A stretch of 64,000 bases of DNA from Octopus sinensis. Taxonomy: Eukaryota. Every line of letters starts with the position of its first letter. Within the stretch, counting starts at the first letter, position 1. The DNA is taken from the NCBI RefSeq assembly GCF_006345805.1, contig NW_021833248.1, forward strand, positions 1 through 64,000, in the 5' to 3' direction. Below are positions 36,736-49,299 of the stretch, one piece after another. The notes under the pieces were generated by a model, which did not search any database, was not told the origin of the DNA, and saw only the letters and a list, made by a program, of their open reading frames with translations. The position numbers and the translations under genes were made by a program.

Positions 36736-36882
36736 GTTTTTTTCTCTAACTGATACTGGTACATACAACTTTACGTCCCCCTTACTTAAGCTTTACTCCG
36801 TAAATAAGAAACGCCACATTAGCATCGATGATTTTAACTTGCGTGCGAGATAGATTGCGTACATATATCGGTTCCATTTTAG

Positions 36883-36932
36883 CAAAAATTGTCTGATGAA
36901 CGGCAACGAGAAACTCAGAGTAACAGATATTG
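36883..36932 (+). ncRNA. Minimal hammerhead motif in the inverted Penelope terminal repeat
   Basis: CTGATGA 36893-99, GAAA 36910-13, GTA 36920-22. Inverted copy of 34855-34904. Confidence 0.62.
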
Positions 36933-37123
36933 TTAAATTTTCTGCTGCTTTAAATAAAGCATATTTCTCTACCACTGGTATTTGAGTACTATTTTTTCCA
37001 CCTTGTTTCACATTTATGTGTTTACTCCGGTATATATATATATATATATATATACGTTACCTATTATGCGTATATATATCAAGTTTATATTTCTGTGCGT
37101 GCGCATGTGTTCATGCATGTATG

Positions 37124-37157
<34 letters not shown>

Positions 37158-37171
37158 TATATGTATGTATG

Positions 37172-37210
<39 letters not shown>

Positions 37211-37639
37211 CTATAAAACAATACTGGGAGGATAGAGACGGAACGAAGTGAAAATTCGAAAAGTCGAAAATTCGAACGAACCCGACGCGAGCGCTGTCAG
37301 ACAATAGTGTAATAAATAAAATATATGCATACATACAAACATATATGTACGTACCGACATCTACATGTATATATACATGCATATATAAATATATATACGT
37401 ACAGGACACCACAAAAAGTCGTAAAACTCAACAGAAACGAAAACGGAAAAGCCGTTTTGTTACAACAGACGGACGAGAACGAAAACAGGAAAAACATTAA
37501 GTACAACAGAAAAACGAGGTACAGGACATGCTACACAAGGAAAAATCCCCTTCATCAGCTGTCACTAGCAGACATAGCGTGTTTCGAAGGCAAGACAGGA
37601 CACGTTTGGCCATGCTAGGCCTTCCTACGAGAGAATTAA

Positions 37640-40600
37640 AATAAAATAATCTCGCAGAGGGGTAAAACAAGCAAGAAAAAATGTAACACAAAAAGGGACG
37701 TAACAAAGAACTGCACAATAAAATACAAGAACAAAATACCAGTATTCAACCCAAGAATAACAATGGAGCGGTACGTACTTTAAACTTACAACAAAAAATG
37801 TACGGAAAGCTACACGTGCGAAATAATGTGACAACAGAAATGAACGGACCGATACCCTACGAAAATGACGACCGTCAAAATAATGGGCCGGGCGTTGTTC
37901 CTCATGTCCCGCAAATAAAACCCAAAAGACATAAATGGACACATTTCTATCTTACACGCATACTTCACAGCAGTGCTCTACCCAAAAAATGAAGAGACAA
38001 CAACACATATGGAAGGAAAATAACATAAATATAGACTTGGATACAGCAATGAACCCTAATAAATTAGCTAACGTACGAAGATACATTCTCGAAGCAAAAG
38101 AAATATCAGAAATAGAAATAGAACATCTAAAAGAAAAAATACACAAGGAAAATGTAGATAGAAGCCACACAACAATACCCAATAATATAAACACTGAAAT
38201 AGTAAAACACGAAGACAAACGAAACATTCCCAACAAACACGATGTAAACAACGAAGGGGAGCCTAATGATTATGATAATATAAAAAGTAAAATAATCAAA
38301 GAACTGAAAACCACAGAGCTCAAAATGGCCCACCGACCATACCTCCCAAGAATCAAAATAGACGAAACAACAACACCAATTATAAACAGCATAAACCTAA
38401 CCGTCACTGAACTAATAGCCACTGAAACAAAAAGCGATATCACTGAGCTAAATGACTTAGTATACGCAGCAGCCACTGCAGCCACAGAAGAAGCTGGATA
38501 CTCACTCAAACCCATCCAAACAGGAGTACCAACACCCAAACAAACCCTGTGGATAAATAACATCCAAAACAAAATACAAAAAATGAGAAAAGATCTGTCG
38601 ATTCTTAATGAAATCAGCAGACAATCAACGCTACTGAGCAACAAAAAGAAAACAAAAATACTCCGCAAATATAACATCACAGAAAAAGATTTACCTGAGA
38701 TAAAAGAAAAGCTGAAGCAAGATATCCTTGCCAAAGCACAAAGAATCCGCCGGTACGAGAACCGCCAGCGCTTCTTTGAACAAAACAAAAAGTTCAACTC
38801 CAGCCCCAAAAAGTTCTACCAAGAACTTGGCAAAAATAAAATAGAAATCACTGCAGCACCAACGGCAGAAGAAGTGGAAGAATTCTGGAGAGAAATATGG
38901 TCGGCGAACGAACAACCAAAAGAAAGGAGTATCAAAATAACAAACTCGGCATCTGAACAACTTTGGATCACCATAACAACTGAAGAGGTCACCCAGGCAC
39001 TGCAAAGACTAAGCAACTGGAAGGCACCTGGGCATGACAAGATCCCCAACTTCTGGTTGAAATATCTAACAGGAATGCACAAAAAGCTGGCTGAAAACTT
39101 TAACAACATGCTAGCAGAGCCAGAGACAAGGCCTGAATGGCTCACGAAGGGGAAAACCATCTTAATTCCCAAATCAAATGAGACAGCAAAACCAGAAAAC
39201 TACATACCAATAACCTGTCTCCTTACAATGTTCAAGGCATTTACTGCAGTGATATCGCAAAGGTTGAACAAGCACCTGGACGAAAACAAACTGTTCCCAG
39301 AAGAGCAGAAAGGATGCCGCAAAAGCTCATATGGCTGTAAAGATCAACTAATGATTAATAAAGCCATAACTGAAGACAGCCACAGAAAGAAGAAAGGCCT
39401 CAGTATGGCCTGGATCGACTACAAAAAGGCGTTTGATAGCATCCCCCACACATGGATCCTCGAAACACTAGCCATTAACAAAGTAGCACCAACAATCATA
39501 AAATTCATAGGGCACTCTATGAATAAATGGCAAACAGTCCTACACCTCCAAACAAAAGAGGGACTCATGAAAACCAAAGACATCCCCATTAGAAAAGGAA
39601 TATTCCAAGGAGACACGCTCTCTCCACTCCTTTTCTGCTTGGCACTGTCACCCCTATATGATTTGCTAAATAGAACTGGATGTGGATATAAATGTTACGG
39701 CAAAACGATCAGCCACCTTTTATATATGGATGACCTAAAACTATACGCTGCAAATGACAACAGCTGGAAACACTATTAAAGACAGTTCATGGATTTACCA
39801 AAGAAATAGATATGAAATTTGGATTAGAAAAATGCGCCAAAGTAACCCTGAAAAGAGGAAAACTAGTGAAGAGTAGCAGCATCACACTAGATAAAACCAA
39901 TGAAATAAAAGAATTAGACCAAAGCCAAACTTACAAATACTTAGGAATCCATGAACTAGATAAGACACAACACACACAAATGAAAGAGAAAATAAAAAAA
40001 AGAATATTATAGACGAGTTAGCTCAATACTAAAAACAGAGCTCAATGCTAAAAACAAGATAATAGGTATTAACACTTTAGCTGTCCCAGTTATAAGTTAC
40101 AGCTACAATATCCTTAACTGGACACTAAATGAACTGACCAAAATAGATAGGAAAACAAGAAAAATAATGTCAGAATCTAGGATGCCTCACCCAAACTCTG
40201 ACATAGAAAGACTATACATACAACTTATAGAAGGTGGTAGAGGCCTTATACAACTGGAAAACTACTATAAAATAACCACCATAGGATTGCAAAAATATCT
40301 ACTTCAGAAGGAAGAAAAACTGATACAAATAGCGGCAAAACACGAGCAAAACAAAAAATTGTTGTCAGTATTTAAGGAAGCTGACAAATACAAACAAGAA
40401 ATCATACCACCTAATAAATATGAAGAAGAAGAAGAAGATGAAGAAACAACAAAAGCTATAAAACAAATGAAATCCAAACTAAAAATAGAACAGCAACGAA
40501 CCATGATAAAACGATGGCAAGAAAAACCCCTTCATGATAAATACTGCACTAAACTAAACGCAAAAGAAATAGACAAAGAAAAATTCCAGCAATGGTTGAG

Positions 40601-41311
40601 AAATTACCCAAAACATGTAATGAAAAGAAATATAACAAGTAACTGCAGAATATGTGGAGATGGACAAGAAACAAAAAAATCATATTATCTCTAGCTGACC
40701 AGTCCTGGCTAAGAAGGAATATATTCACAGACATGACAGGGTTGGAACCTACATACACTGGAAGCTATGCCAACATTATGGAAAAACAACAGAAGAAAGA
40801 TGGTATAGGCACACACCAGAAAATGTCACAGAAAACGAGAAAGCAGCCATACTCTGGGATATGCCGATACACACAGATAGAGAAATTAAGGCCAACAGAC
40901 CAGATATAGTTGTCAAAGATCATGAAGAAAAAAATGCTTTCTAATTGATGTATCAATACCGGCTGATGACAACGTGTCTCTAAAAGAAATGGAGAAACTC
41001 TCAAATTACAAAGACCTGGAAATAGAGGTAGCCAGAATGTGAAATCTAAAGACAGAAACAATTCCTATCATAGTAGGTGCATTAGGCATGATAAAAAAAT
41101 ATTCAGACAAATACATAACAAAAACACCAGGACTTACAAACACATATAACATACAGAAAATTGCACTACTAGGCACTGCACACATCCTACGCAGAACACT
41201 TTCCATACAATAACCATCAGAGCATCACAACAAATCACAGCACATACCCAAGGCACACAGAGCTGCGCTCGGTAGTAAAGTGATAGCACGCTATAAAAAT
41301 AAAACTACTGA
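37640..41311 (+). mobile_element. R4/Dong-like family A copy 3 (longest copy, disrupted; 5' boundary approximate)
   Basis: ORF 37935-39779 (RT), 39812-40012, 40167-40694 and the 3' RLE region. An 11-nt deletion near 37940 and a 69-nt deletion near 40590 relative to sister copies. 3' (TAA)n. Confidence 0.92.
37935..39779 (+). CDS. R4/Dong-like ORF, N-terminal region plus RT
   Basis: WIDYKKAFDS, GIFQGDTLSPLLF, LYMDDLKL. Confidence 0.9.
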   Translation: MDTFLSYTHTSQQCSTQKMKRQQHIWKENNINIDLDTAMNPNKLANVRRYILEAKEISEIEIEHLKEKIHKENVDRSHTTIPNNINTEIVKHEDKRNIPNKHDVNNEGEPNDYDNIKSKIIKELKTTELKMAHRPYLPRIKIDETTTPIINSINLTVTELIATETKSDITELNDLVYAAATAATEEAGYSLKPIQTGVPTPKQTLWINNIQNKIQKMRKDLSILNEISRQSTLLSNKKKTKILRKYNITEKDLPEIKEKLKQDILAKAQRIRRYENRQRFFEQNKKFNSSPKKFYQELGKNKIEITAAPTAEEVEEFWREIWSANEQPKERSIKITNSASEQLWITITTEEVTQALQRLSNWKAPGHDKIPNFWLKYLTGMHKKLAENFNNMLAEPETRPEWLTKGKTILIPKSNETAKPENYIPITCLLTMFKAFTAVISQRLNKHLDENKLFPEEQKGCRKSSYGCKDQLMINKAITEDSHRKKKGLSMAWIDYKKAFDSIPHTWILETLAINKVAPTIIKFIGHSMNKWQTVLHLQTKEGLMKTKDIPIRKGIFQGDTLSPLLFCLALSPLYDLLNRTGCGYKCYGKTISHLLYMDDLKLYAANDNSWKHY

Positions 41312-41356
41312 ATAATAATGATAATAACGATAATAATAATAATAATAATAATAATA

Positions 41357-41408
<52 letters not shown>

Positions 41409-41409
<1 letters not shown>

Positions 41410-42290
41410 TAGGGTTTCTTCATAGCCAACAAGAGAGAAGAAACCCTATTCCATATGGAATTACATGGTAAGTTCCACCGTGAAACCAACAAATTAAAAG
41501 ACCAGGAAGCATCATAGAGGTGACTTAACAAGGGTGACCAAAAAAGGATAGTAAAAGCCTAATCATCGCTACCCAGTATCAGGCATTAAATACCAATTCA
41601 ACGAAAAATAACATATAACAAACAAGCGCATCGGACCTTTGCAGCATTGTGGGAAGAGGTCGAAAATGGGAAACACATTTTTAGTATTTGTGAAAGACTT
41701 GCCCAGGAAGGGTACTAGCGTTGACACTACAAAGTAGCCCCAAACCTCCACTGGCCACTATGCCGTAAGTATGGATATGAGGTTACTGAGTTCAAGGGTG
41801 CTTCATACCAACATACACCGGAAAAGCAATGGACGAAAAAAGGGAAGGCAAATCTCCTCTGGGACATTTCCAGATAGGCAATGTGTTAGAGCAGCGAAGG
41901 CTAGATAGAGTAATATTTAGGTGGGACAACCAAGAGTGTCTAATAGTCGACGTAGCAGTGCCAGGAGATCAACGTATCATGAAAGAAAGAGAAACAGTTG
42001 ATAAATATGGCGACCTGAAAACTGAGATACGAACATAAAGGTTATCCCTATTGTTATCGGAGCATTAGGTTCAATACCATCTAATCTGAAAAAACATCTG
42101 AAAACTTTAGAGATACCCTACAATCTAGATGTATTGCTAAAGTCGGCACTATTTGGAACTTCATGCATATTGCGTGAAGTACTGTCTGCCTGAAGCCCTT
42201 GTTGTAAATTGACGGATAGTGCAAACTCCCCAGTAGACACAATATAATCAATCAACCACCTCACGATATGTTATACTGTGCGACATATAT
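41409..42290 (+). mobile_element. R4/Dong-like family C, decayed 3' fragment (unit 1)
   Basis: CLIVDVAVPGD..KYGDLK..IPIVIGALG..KSALFGTSCILREVL, with (TAA)n on both sides. Confidence 0.8.
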
Positions 42291-42322
42291 AATAATAATA
42301 ATAATAATAATGATGATAATAA

Positions 42323-42411
<89 letters not shown>

Positions 42412-42412
<1 letters not shown>

Positions 42413-43333
42413 CTACGAAGAAATTAAATGCCACCGATACTATTCTACCCAAGAATAACAATCGAGCGGTACGTACATTAAACTTACATTAAAAAATGGA
42501 CGAAAAACTACACGTGCAAAATAATGTGACAACAGAAATAAACGGACCGGTACCCTACGAAAATGACGACCGTCAAAATAATGGGCCGGACGTTGTACCT
42601 CATGTCCCGCAAATAAAACCCAAAAGACGTAAATGGACACGTGAGGAATACATTTCTATCTTACACGCATACTTCACAGCAATGCTCTACCCAAAAAATG
42701 AAAATACAACAACACATACATATAAAATATGGAAGGAAAATAATAGAGATATAGACTTGGATACAGCAATGAACCCTAATAAATTAGCTAAAGTACGAAG
42801 ATACATTCTCAAAGCCAAAAAATATCAGAAATAGAAATAGAACATTTAAAAGAAAAAATACACCAGGAAAATGTAGATAGAAGCCACACAACAATGCCCA
42901 ATAATATAATTAAGGCCAACAGACCAGATATAGTTGTCAGAGATCATGAAGAAAAAAATGCTTTCTAATTGATGTATCAATACCGGCAGATGACAACGTG
43001 TCTCTAAAAGAAATGGAGAAACTCTCAAAATACAAAGACCTGGAAATAGAGGTAACCAGAATGTGGAATCTGAAAACAGAAACAATTCCTATCATAGTAG
43101 GTGCATTAGGCATGATAAAAAAATATTCAGACAAATACATAACAAAAACACCAGGACTTACAAACACATATAACATACAGAAAATTGCACTACTAGGCAC
43201 TGCACACATCCTACGCAGAACACTTTCCATACAATAACCATCAGAGCATCACAGCAAATCACAGCACATACCCAAGGCACACAGAGCTGCGCTCAGTAGT
43301 GAAGTGAAAGCACCCTATAAAAAAAACTACTGA
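42412..43333 (+). mobile_element. Internally deleted family A element (5' about 500 bp fused to 3' about 420 bp), unit 1
   Basis: The junction CAATAATATAA-TTAAGGCCAAC at about 42909 joins sequences matching 38190 and 40890 of copy 3. Confidence 0.85.
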
Positions 43334-43362
43334 ATATAATGATAATAACGATAATAATAATA

Positions 43363-43400
<38 letters not shown>

Positions 43401-43427
43401 TAATAATAATAATAATATAATAATAAT

Positions 43428-44308
43428 GTAGGGTTTCTTCATAGCCAACAAGAGAGAAGAAACCCTATTCCATATGGAATTACATGGTAAGTTCCACCGT
43501 GAAACCAACAATTAAAAGACCAGGAAGCATCATAGAGGTGACTTAACAAGGGTGACCAAAAAAGGATAGTAAAAGCCTAATCATCGCTACCCAGTATCAG
43601 GCATTAAATACCAATTCAACGAAAAATAACATATAACAAACAAGCGCATCGGACCTTTGCAGCATTGTGGGAAGAGGGTCGAAAATGGGAAACACATTTT
43701 TAGTATTTGTGAAAGACTTGCCCAGGAAGGGTACTAGCGTTGACACTACAAAGTAGCCCCAAACCTCCACTGGCCACTATGCCGTAAGTATGGATATGAG
43801 GTTACTGAGGTTAAGGGTCTTCATACCAACATACACCGGAAAAGCAATGGACGAAAAAAGGGAAGGCAAATCTCCTCTGGGACATTTCCAGATAGGCAAT
43901 GTGTTAGAGCAGCGAAGGCTAGATAGAGTAATATTTAGGTGGGACAACCAAGAGTGTCTAATAGTCGACGTAGCAGTGCCAGGAGATCAACGTATCATGA
44001 AAGAAAGAGAAACAGTTGATAAATATGGCGACCTGAAAACTGAGATACGAACATAAAGGTTATCCCTATTGTTATCGGAGCATTAGGTTCAATACCATCT
44101 AATCTGAAAAAACATCTGAAAACTTTAGAGATACCCTACAATCTAGATGTATTGCTAAAGTCGGCACTATTTGGAACTTCATGCATATTGCGTGAAGTAC
44201 TGTCTGCCTGAAGCCCTTGTTGTAAATTGACGGATAGTGCAAACTCCCCAGTAGACACAATATAATCAATCAACCACCTCACGATATGTTATACTGTGCG
44301 ACATATAT
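43428..44308 (+). mobile_element. Family C fragment, unit 2
   Basis: Near-identical to 41409-42290. Confidence 0.8.
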
Positions 44309-44337
44309 AATAATAATAATAATAATGATGATAATAA

Positions 44338-44390
<53 letters not shown>

Positions 44391-44421
44391 TAATAATAAT
44401 AATAATAATATAATAATAATA

Positions 44422-45343
44422 AACTACGAAGAAATTAAATGCCACCGATACTATTCTACCCAAGAATAACAATCGAGCGGTACGTACATTAAACTTACAT
44501 AAAAAATGGACGAAAAACTACACGTGCAAAATAATGTGACAACAGAAATAAACGGACCGGTACCCTACGAAAATGACGACCGTCAAAATAATGGGCCGGA
44601 CGTTGTACCTCATGTCCCGCAAATAAAACCCAAAAGACGTAAATGGACACGTGAGGAATACATTTCTATCTTACACGCATACTTCACAGCAATGCTCTAC
44701 CCAAAAAATGAAAATACAACAACACATACATATAAAATATGGAAGGAAAATAATAGAGATATAGACTTGGATACAGCAATGAACCCTAATAAATTAGCTA
44801 AAGTACGAAGATACATTCTCAAAGCCAAAAAATATCAGAAATAGAAATAGAACATTTAAAAGAAAAAATACACCAGGAAAATGTAGATAGAAGCCACACA
44901 ACAATGCCCAATAATATAATTAAGGCCAACAGACCAGATATAGTTGTCAGAGATCATGAAGAAAAAAATGCTTTCTAATTGATGTATCAATACCGGCAGA
45001 TGACAACGTGTCTCTAAAAGAAATGGAGAAACTCTCAAAATACAAAGACCTGGAAATAGAGGTAACCAGAATGTGGAATCTGAAAACAGAAACAATTCCT
45101 ATCATAGTAGGTGCATTAGGCATGATAAAAAAATATTCAGACAAATACATAACAAAAACACCAGGACTTACAAACACATATAACATACAGAAAATTGCAC
45201 TACTAGGCACTGCACACATCCTACGCAGAACACTTTCCATACAATAACCATCAGAGCATCACAGCAAATCACAGCACATACCCAAGGCACACAGAGCTGC
45301 GCTCAGTAGTGAAGTGAAAGCACCCTATAAAAAAAACTACTGA
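44422..45343 (+). mobile_element. Internally deleted family A element, unit 2
   Basis: Near-identical to 42412-43333, with identical ORF translations at an offset of 2010. Confidence 0.85.
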
Positions 45344-45376
45344 ATAATAATTATCATAATAATAATAATAATAATA

Positions 45377-45407
<31 letters not shown>

Positions 45408-45431
45408 TATTATTATTATTATTATTATTAT

Positions 45432-46455
45432 AATCTAGGTAAAATTGAGCGGTGATTAAGAGGAAACTGGAAAAATGGGAAAAAGACCGACCGAGAAAAA
45501 TTAGAGAAGAAATATAAAATACGGAAGTTCGGGTTTGATGCAGTAATAGAGCAGTTAAAACAGAAAATCATGGCAAAAAGCCAGAAGATCAGAAGACTTG
45601 TGGACAGAAATAAACAGTTCGAGGAGAACAGTTTATTCAAAAATAACCCAAAAGTTAGAAGGAGACAATGAGGAATATGTTGCTCCTGATGTAAATCAAA
45701 TCAAGGAGTTCTGGAGCGGATTATCGGGAATCAATGTGGTACACAAGTGGGATGCAATGTGTGTAGGAACTATCAAGGTAGACTTACAAGGAGGAAAGAA
45801 ACAAGGGAATATTATCATAAGTACGGGCGATGTGAAAGAACAAGTGGGTAAAGTGTGTAACTGGAAAATGTAGAAAATGTAACCTTCTTGGTAAATGGAT
45901 ATTAGAGCCTTGCACATAAAGAATACAAGCGCCGCCACGATAAAATGTGCGTGTATCTTCTTTGACACTTATGCCGTAAATACCAATATGAAGTAACAGA
46001 GAACTGGTATGACCAAGTAAATATAAGCAGGAGGATGGAAAAGTAACGATACTCTGGGACTAATTATCAGATGGATCGTGTAATCGAACACCGTCGGCCG
46101 GATATTGTTGTATTGAATGAGAGAGAAGAATACTGTCAAATAATTGGCGTAGCCATACCAAATGACATGAATGTTGTGAGTAAAGAGGTTGAAAATTCAC
46201 CAAGTACTCCGAATGGAAAGTGGAAATGACAAGACTGTATAGAATGTGAGAGTGTAAAAACGAAACCAGGCTCAATCCCTTTGGAACTTCAAGACTTCTT
46301 AAGGCAACTGGAAATCCCATGCAAGATTGAGGTCTTGCAAAAAGCAGCCTTATTGGGCACTGCGCACATCTTAAAGAAAGTATTATCTCTCTGAGGTCCT
46401 TGTGACTTAACAGATGACTAAAGACTACGGTGCATTTTTACCTACACTATGTTAC
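45432..46455 (+). mobile_element. R4/Dong-like family D, decayed and internally deleted
   Basis: QIKEFWSGLSG, IEHRRPDIVVLNE and LQKAALLGTAHILKKVLSL. Confidence 0.7.
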
Positions 46456-46619
46456 GAAACAACAACAACAATAATAAAAACGACAACAAGAACAACAATA
46501 ATAATAATGATGATGATAATGATTATGATGACATCAGGACGAAGTATTAGGGGGAAAATGCAAAAACAGACACAAAGTGTGGAGATGTACAAGTAATGAA
46601 ATGATGAAATAACAAAAAC

Positions 46620-49000
46620 AACGAAAAAGAGTAAATATAAGTGTCATACAATGAAAAGGAAGGGAAATATACGCAATATACAAAGGCTAAAAAGAAAAAA
46701 GGCGGGTGATTGAGACGTAGTCCTCCTGATAAAGGATAACCTCCAGGGATAATCGAGGAACCCTACTGTGCCATATCTCCTTGAAAACCAAGGACATGTG
46801 TCCTCTCCAATTCCTACTCTTCGACTCACAGGTTTACACACACAGAGGTACCATCCACTCTTGCTATTTTCGCAACTTTCACCCACCTTTTAATAAATTA
46901 ACTCGAGGGCAGAACTTCCCACTCTATACTCCATTTCCTTTTCATGTGAAACTTGAAGAAACCCCTCAGATCATAAACAAAGAGGAATGTATCTATCCTC
47001 ATGCCTTTTAGTCTTGTCCACCAAACAACCTCTTTCGTCACAGCCACCAGACGAAAAACATGCCTTGCTTGCTGATTAAAGAAGAGCAGCGAGCAACCAT
47101 TACTATGCACTCCACCGATAGATGGATCTGTCCCATACGTGACAGGTGTTCGACATAACCCCACAAATCAGCAATGTCTGGACACTAAACGAGTGCGTGC
47201 AGAACAGTTACATCATTCAGTGCGCGCTTCGGAGAAGCCCGTGTGACAGGACATCCGTGCCTATTGAATTTATCTCGAACCGGAAGCGCCCTGCGGCAGC
47301 ACTATTTTGGCCAAGAACATATGGAATGTATCCATGATAATGACCGACCGGAACGTCTTCCAGAACGCCAAGAACATCGTCGCACTTCGCCAGTAATAAT
47401 CTATAAATTACTGAAGCAGAACAGCCCACGATCCCATTGTCCGACTGGTAGATGGCTGTGAGTGCCTGTTGACATACTAGGCGTCAAGCGCCTAGTCGCG
47501 GTCTTTTCTTTACCCAGGACTACAGCTCTGTCAAGGAGACAAGCTATGGAAAGACGTTCCTCCCAAACGGAGCCCACGCATGCTCACCTTTTAGAAATCA
47601 TTGCAGGTGGCGCAACGTAACACCGTATCTGCGCATTAGAAGCCACAGCGTGCCTAAGCCGCCACTCAGAGGGTGCTGGCAGTAGACTGATGGTCTGACC
47701 ATCGGAACGCAATCCTTCCACAAGAAATTAAATGAGACGTTCCAACCCAGTCAAGCAGTAACCGGGACAAGGCACAATGATCAGGCGATAAAAGATGAAG
47801 TAGGAAATGTAGGCATTCGCCTCCTCTGCCTGATCTTTCAAGGATAGCTTCCTCTCAGCCATTTCTGGGTAAGACTGGTCACCCTGTTCGTCACTTAGTC
47901 TCAGTTCTTACCTTCCTGGAGGGTGGGACCAAACCAGACTACGTGCAATTTGACTGGTCTGTCGGTCCAGCGTCCAACGACACCGTCCCATAACATGAAC
48001 CTGACTATCCAGGAGACTTACCGCAAACAATCGATTTGTCAGCGGTGCTTTTAGCCCCTGCAACTGACTCATATTCCTCTAGAATGATGCTAAGAGTCTC
48101 CAGTTCGTTGGTGTACGCTGATACTGCCTTTCCGCGTCTGAGTTCGATCTTTCGCAGAAGTAGCTTGAGTACCAATATGCACAGAAGAGGCGACAGCAGG
48201 AAGCCCTGACGGATCAAGCATGCGTTGCTAGACTTTTCCGATTGGTAGCTGTTTACTTTGACCACCGAACAGATACAGCTGTGCATTGCAGCGAACCAAC
48301 CTCTGAAACTGTGCCCGAATCCCCTGCTTTCAGGACGGCTTCCAAGTAGTGATGGTCGACCCTACCGAATGTTTTAGAATGATTAAAATTAATCAGAGCA
48401 CTCTCGAAGCTAGGTTTGATCCCAGCCCTGTCTATGATGTATCGCATAAGGTGGAAGTTGTTGTGGACAGACCTGCCCGGGATTGTGCACCTTTGTGCTT
48501 TCGCGGCCAGGCTACCGACAACAAGCGTCAACATTTTCGTCAACACCTTGGCCAAAATCTTAAACACTGTGTTTAGCAGGGATATGAGCTGAAAATTTCC
48601 TTGTACGTCCCCATTGTCGGCGTCCTTCCTCAGCAGTGTCACTACACTCCGACCAACAGCACTAGGAATTTTCCCTTTCTGTTGCCATTTACGGTAAACG
48701 TCTGCCAGCAGGTCACAAAACAAATCTGTTGTCATGCTGGAGCGCCACCGGTGTCTTTTCAGTGGCTATTCTTTACGATTAGCCTTTTATGAAGGAAGGA
48801 ATTCGAGGCTGCTCCCTTGTTTGAGTTTCTTCATCAGGGACCTTGGACGGCCGGTGATCAAATTGTTTCCTGAACACTACCGCCTCTACACCATGAAGAT
48901 GTTTCAGATGTTTTGGGTAGGCATTAAATCCCAACCTATTGCAATAGTGCATTGTCCTCACTCTAGACGGGATGACGGGTACGTTTGGAACAGTGCAGCG
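46620..49000 (-). mobile_element. Decayed L1/Tx1 ORF2 and 3' UTR
   Basis: NFQLISLLNTVFKILAKVL..IPGRSVHNNF..FGRVDHHYL (48253-48735), IRQGFLLSPLL..VSAY, and RKLSLKDQAE. Confidence 0.85.
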
Positions 49001-49299
49001 ACGTCCAGTTTGTGGTCAGTATAACTCTCGATGCCAAAGTTTGGTTCCAGTTCCTCCAGGATCTTACACACGTACATCATTACATAGCTCACCTGTCTTC
49101 TCTCGAGGGAGCAGAGTTGTAGCTCCCAATAACTCAGTTGTTACTTTGATGCAATCTTCCGGGTGTAGGACTACTACACTTCCACTATTTAATTGACTCT
49201 GTGGTGTGACCACAGTTGACTGCAGTATTCCAGGCAGTTGAGGACAAATGTCCTCTATAAGTCCAGCATAGTTTTTTGGTCCCTGATTCTGAAGCTTCT

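Larger units (their letters stand above)
34829..37030 (-). mobile_element. 5'-truncated Penelope-like element with an inverted terminal repeat
   Basis: GIY-YIG C-terminus at 36065-36735. Segments 35319-35445 and 34829-34917 reappear inverted at 36741-36869 and 36870-36960. Confidence 0.8.
41312..45343 (+). repeat. Tandem duplication with a period of about 2.01-2.02 kb
   Basis: ORF pairs 42496/44506, 42998/45008 and 41829/43847. Confidence 0.92.

Noticed and set aside
37600-37665. Search for an HDV-like ribozyme at the Dong 5' end
   Set aside because: Only a simple CGAGA/TCTCG hairpin is seen, and the nested double pseudoknot could not be built.
41312-45430. Repeat-spacer appearance resembling a CRISPR array
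   Set aside because: The repeats are variable-length (TAA)n and the spacers are roughly 0.9-kb LINE fragments in eukaryotic DNA.
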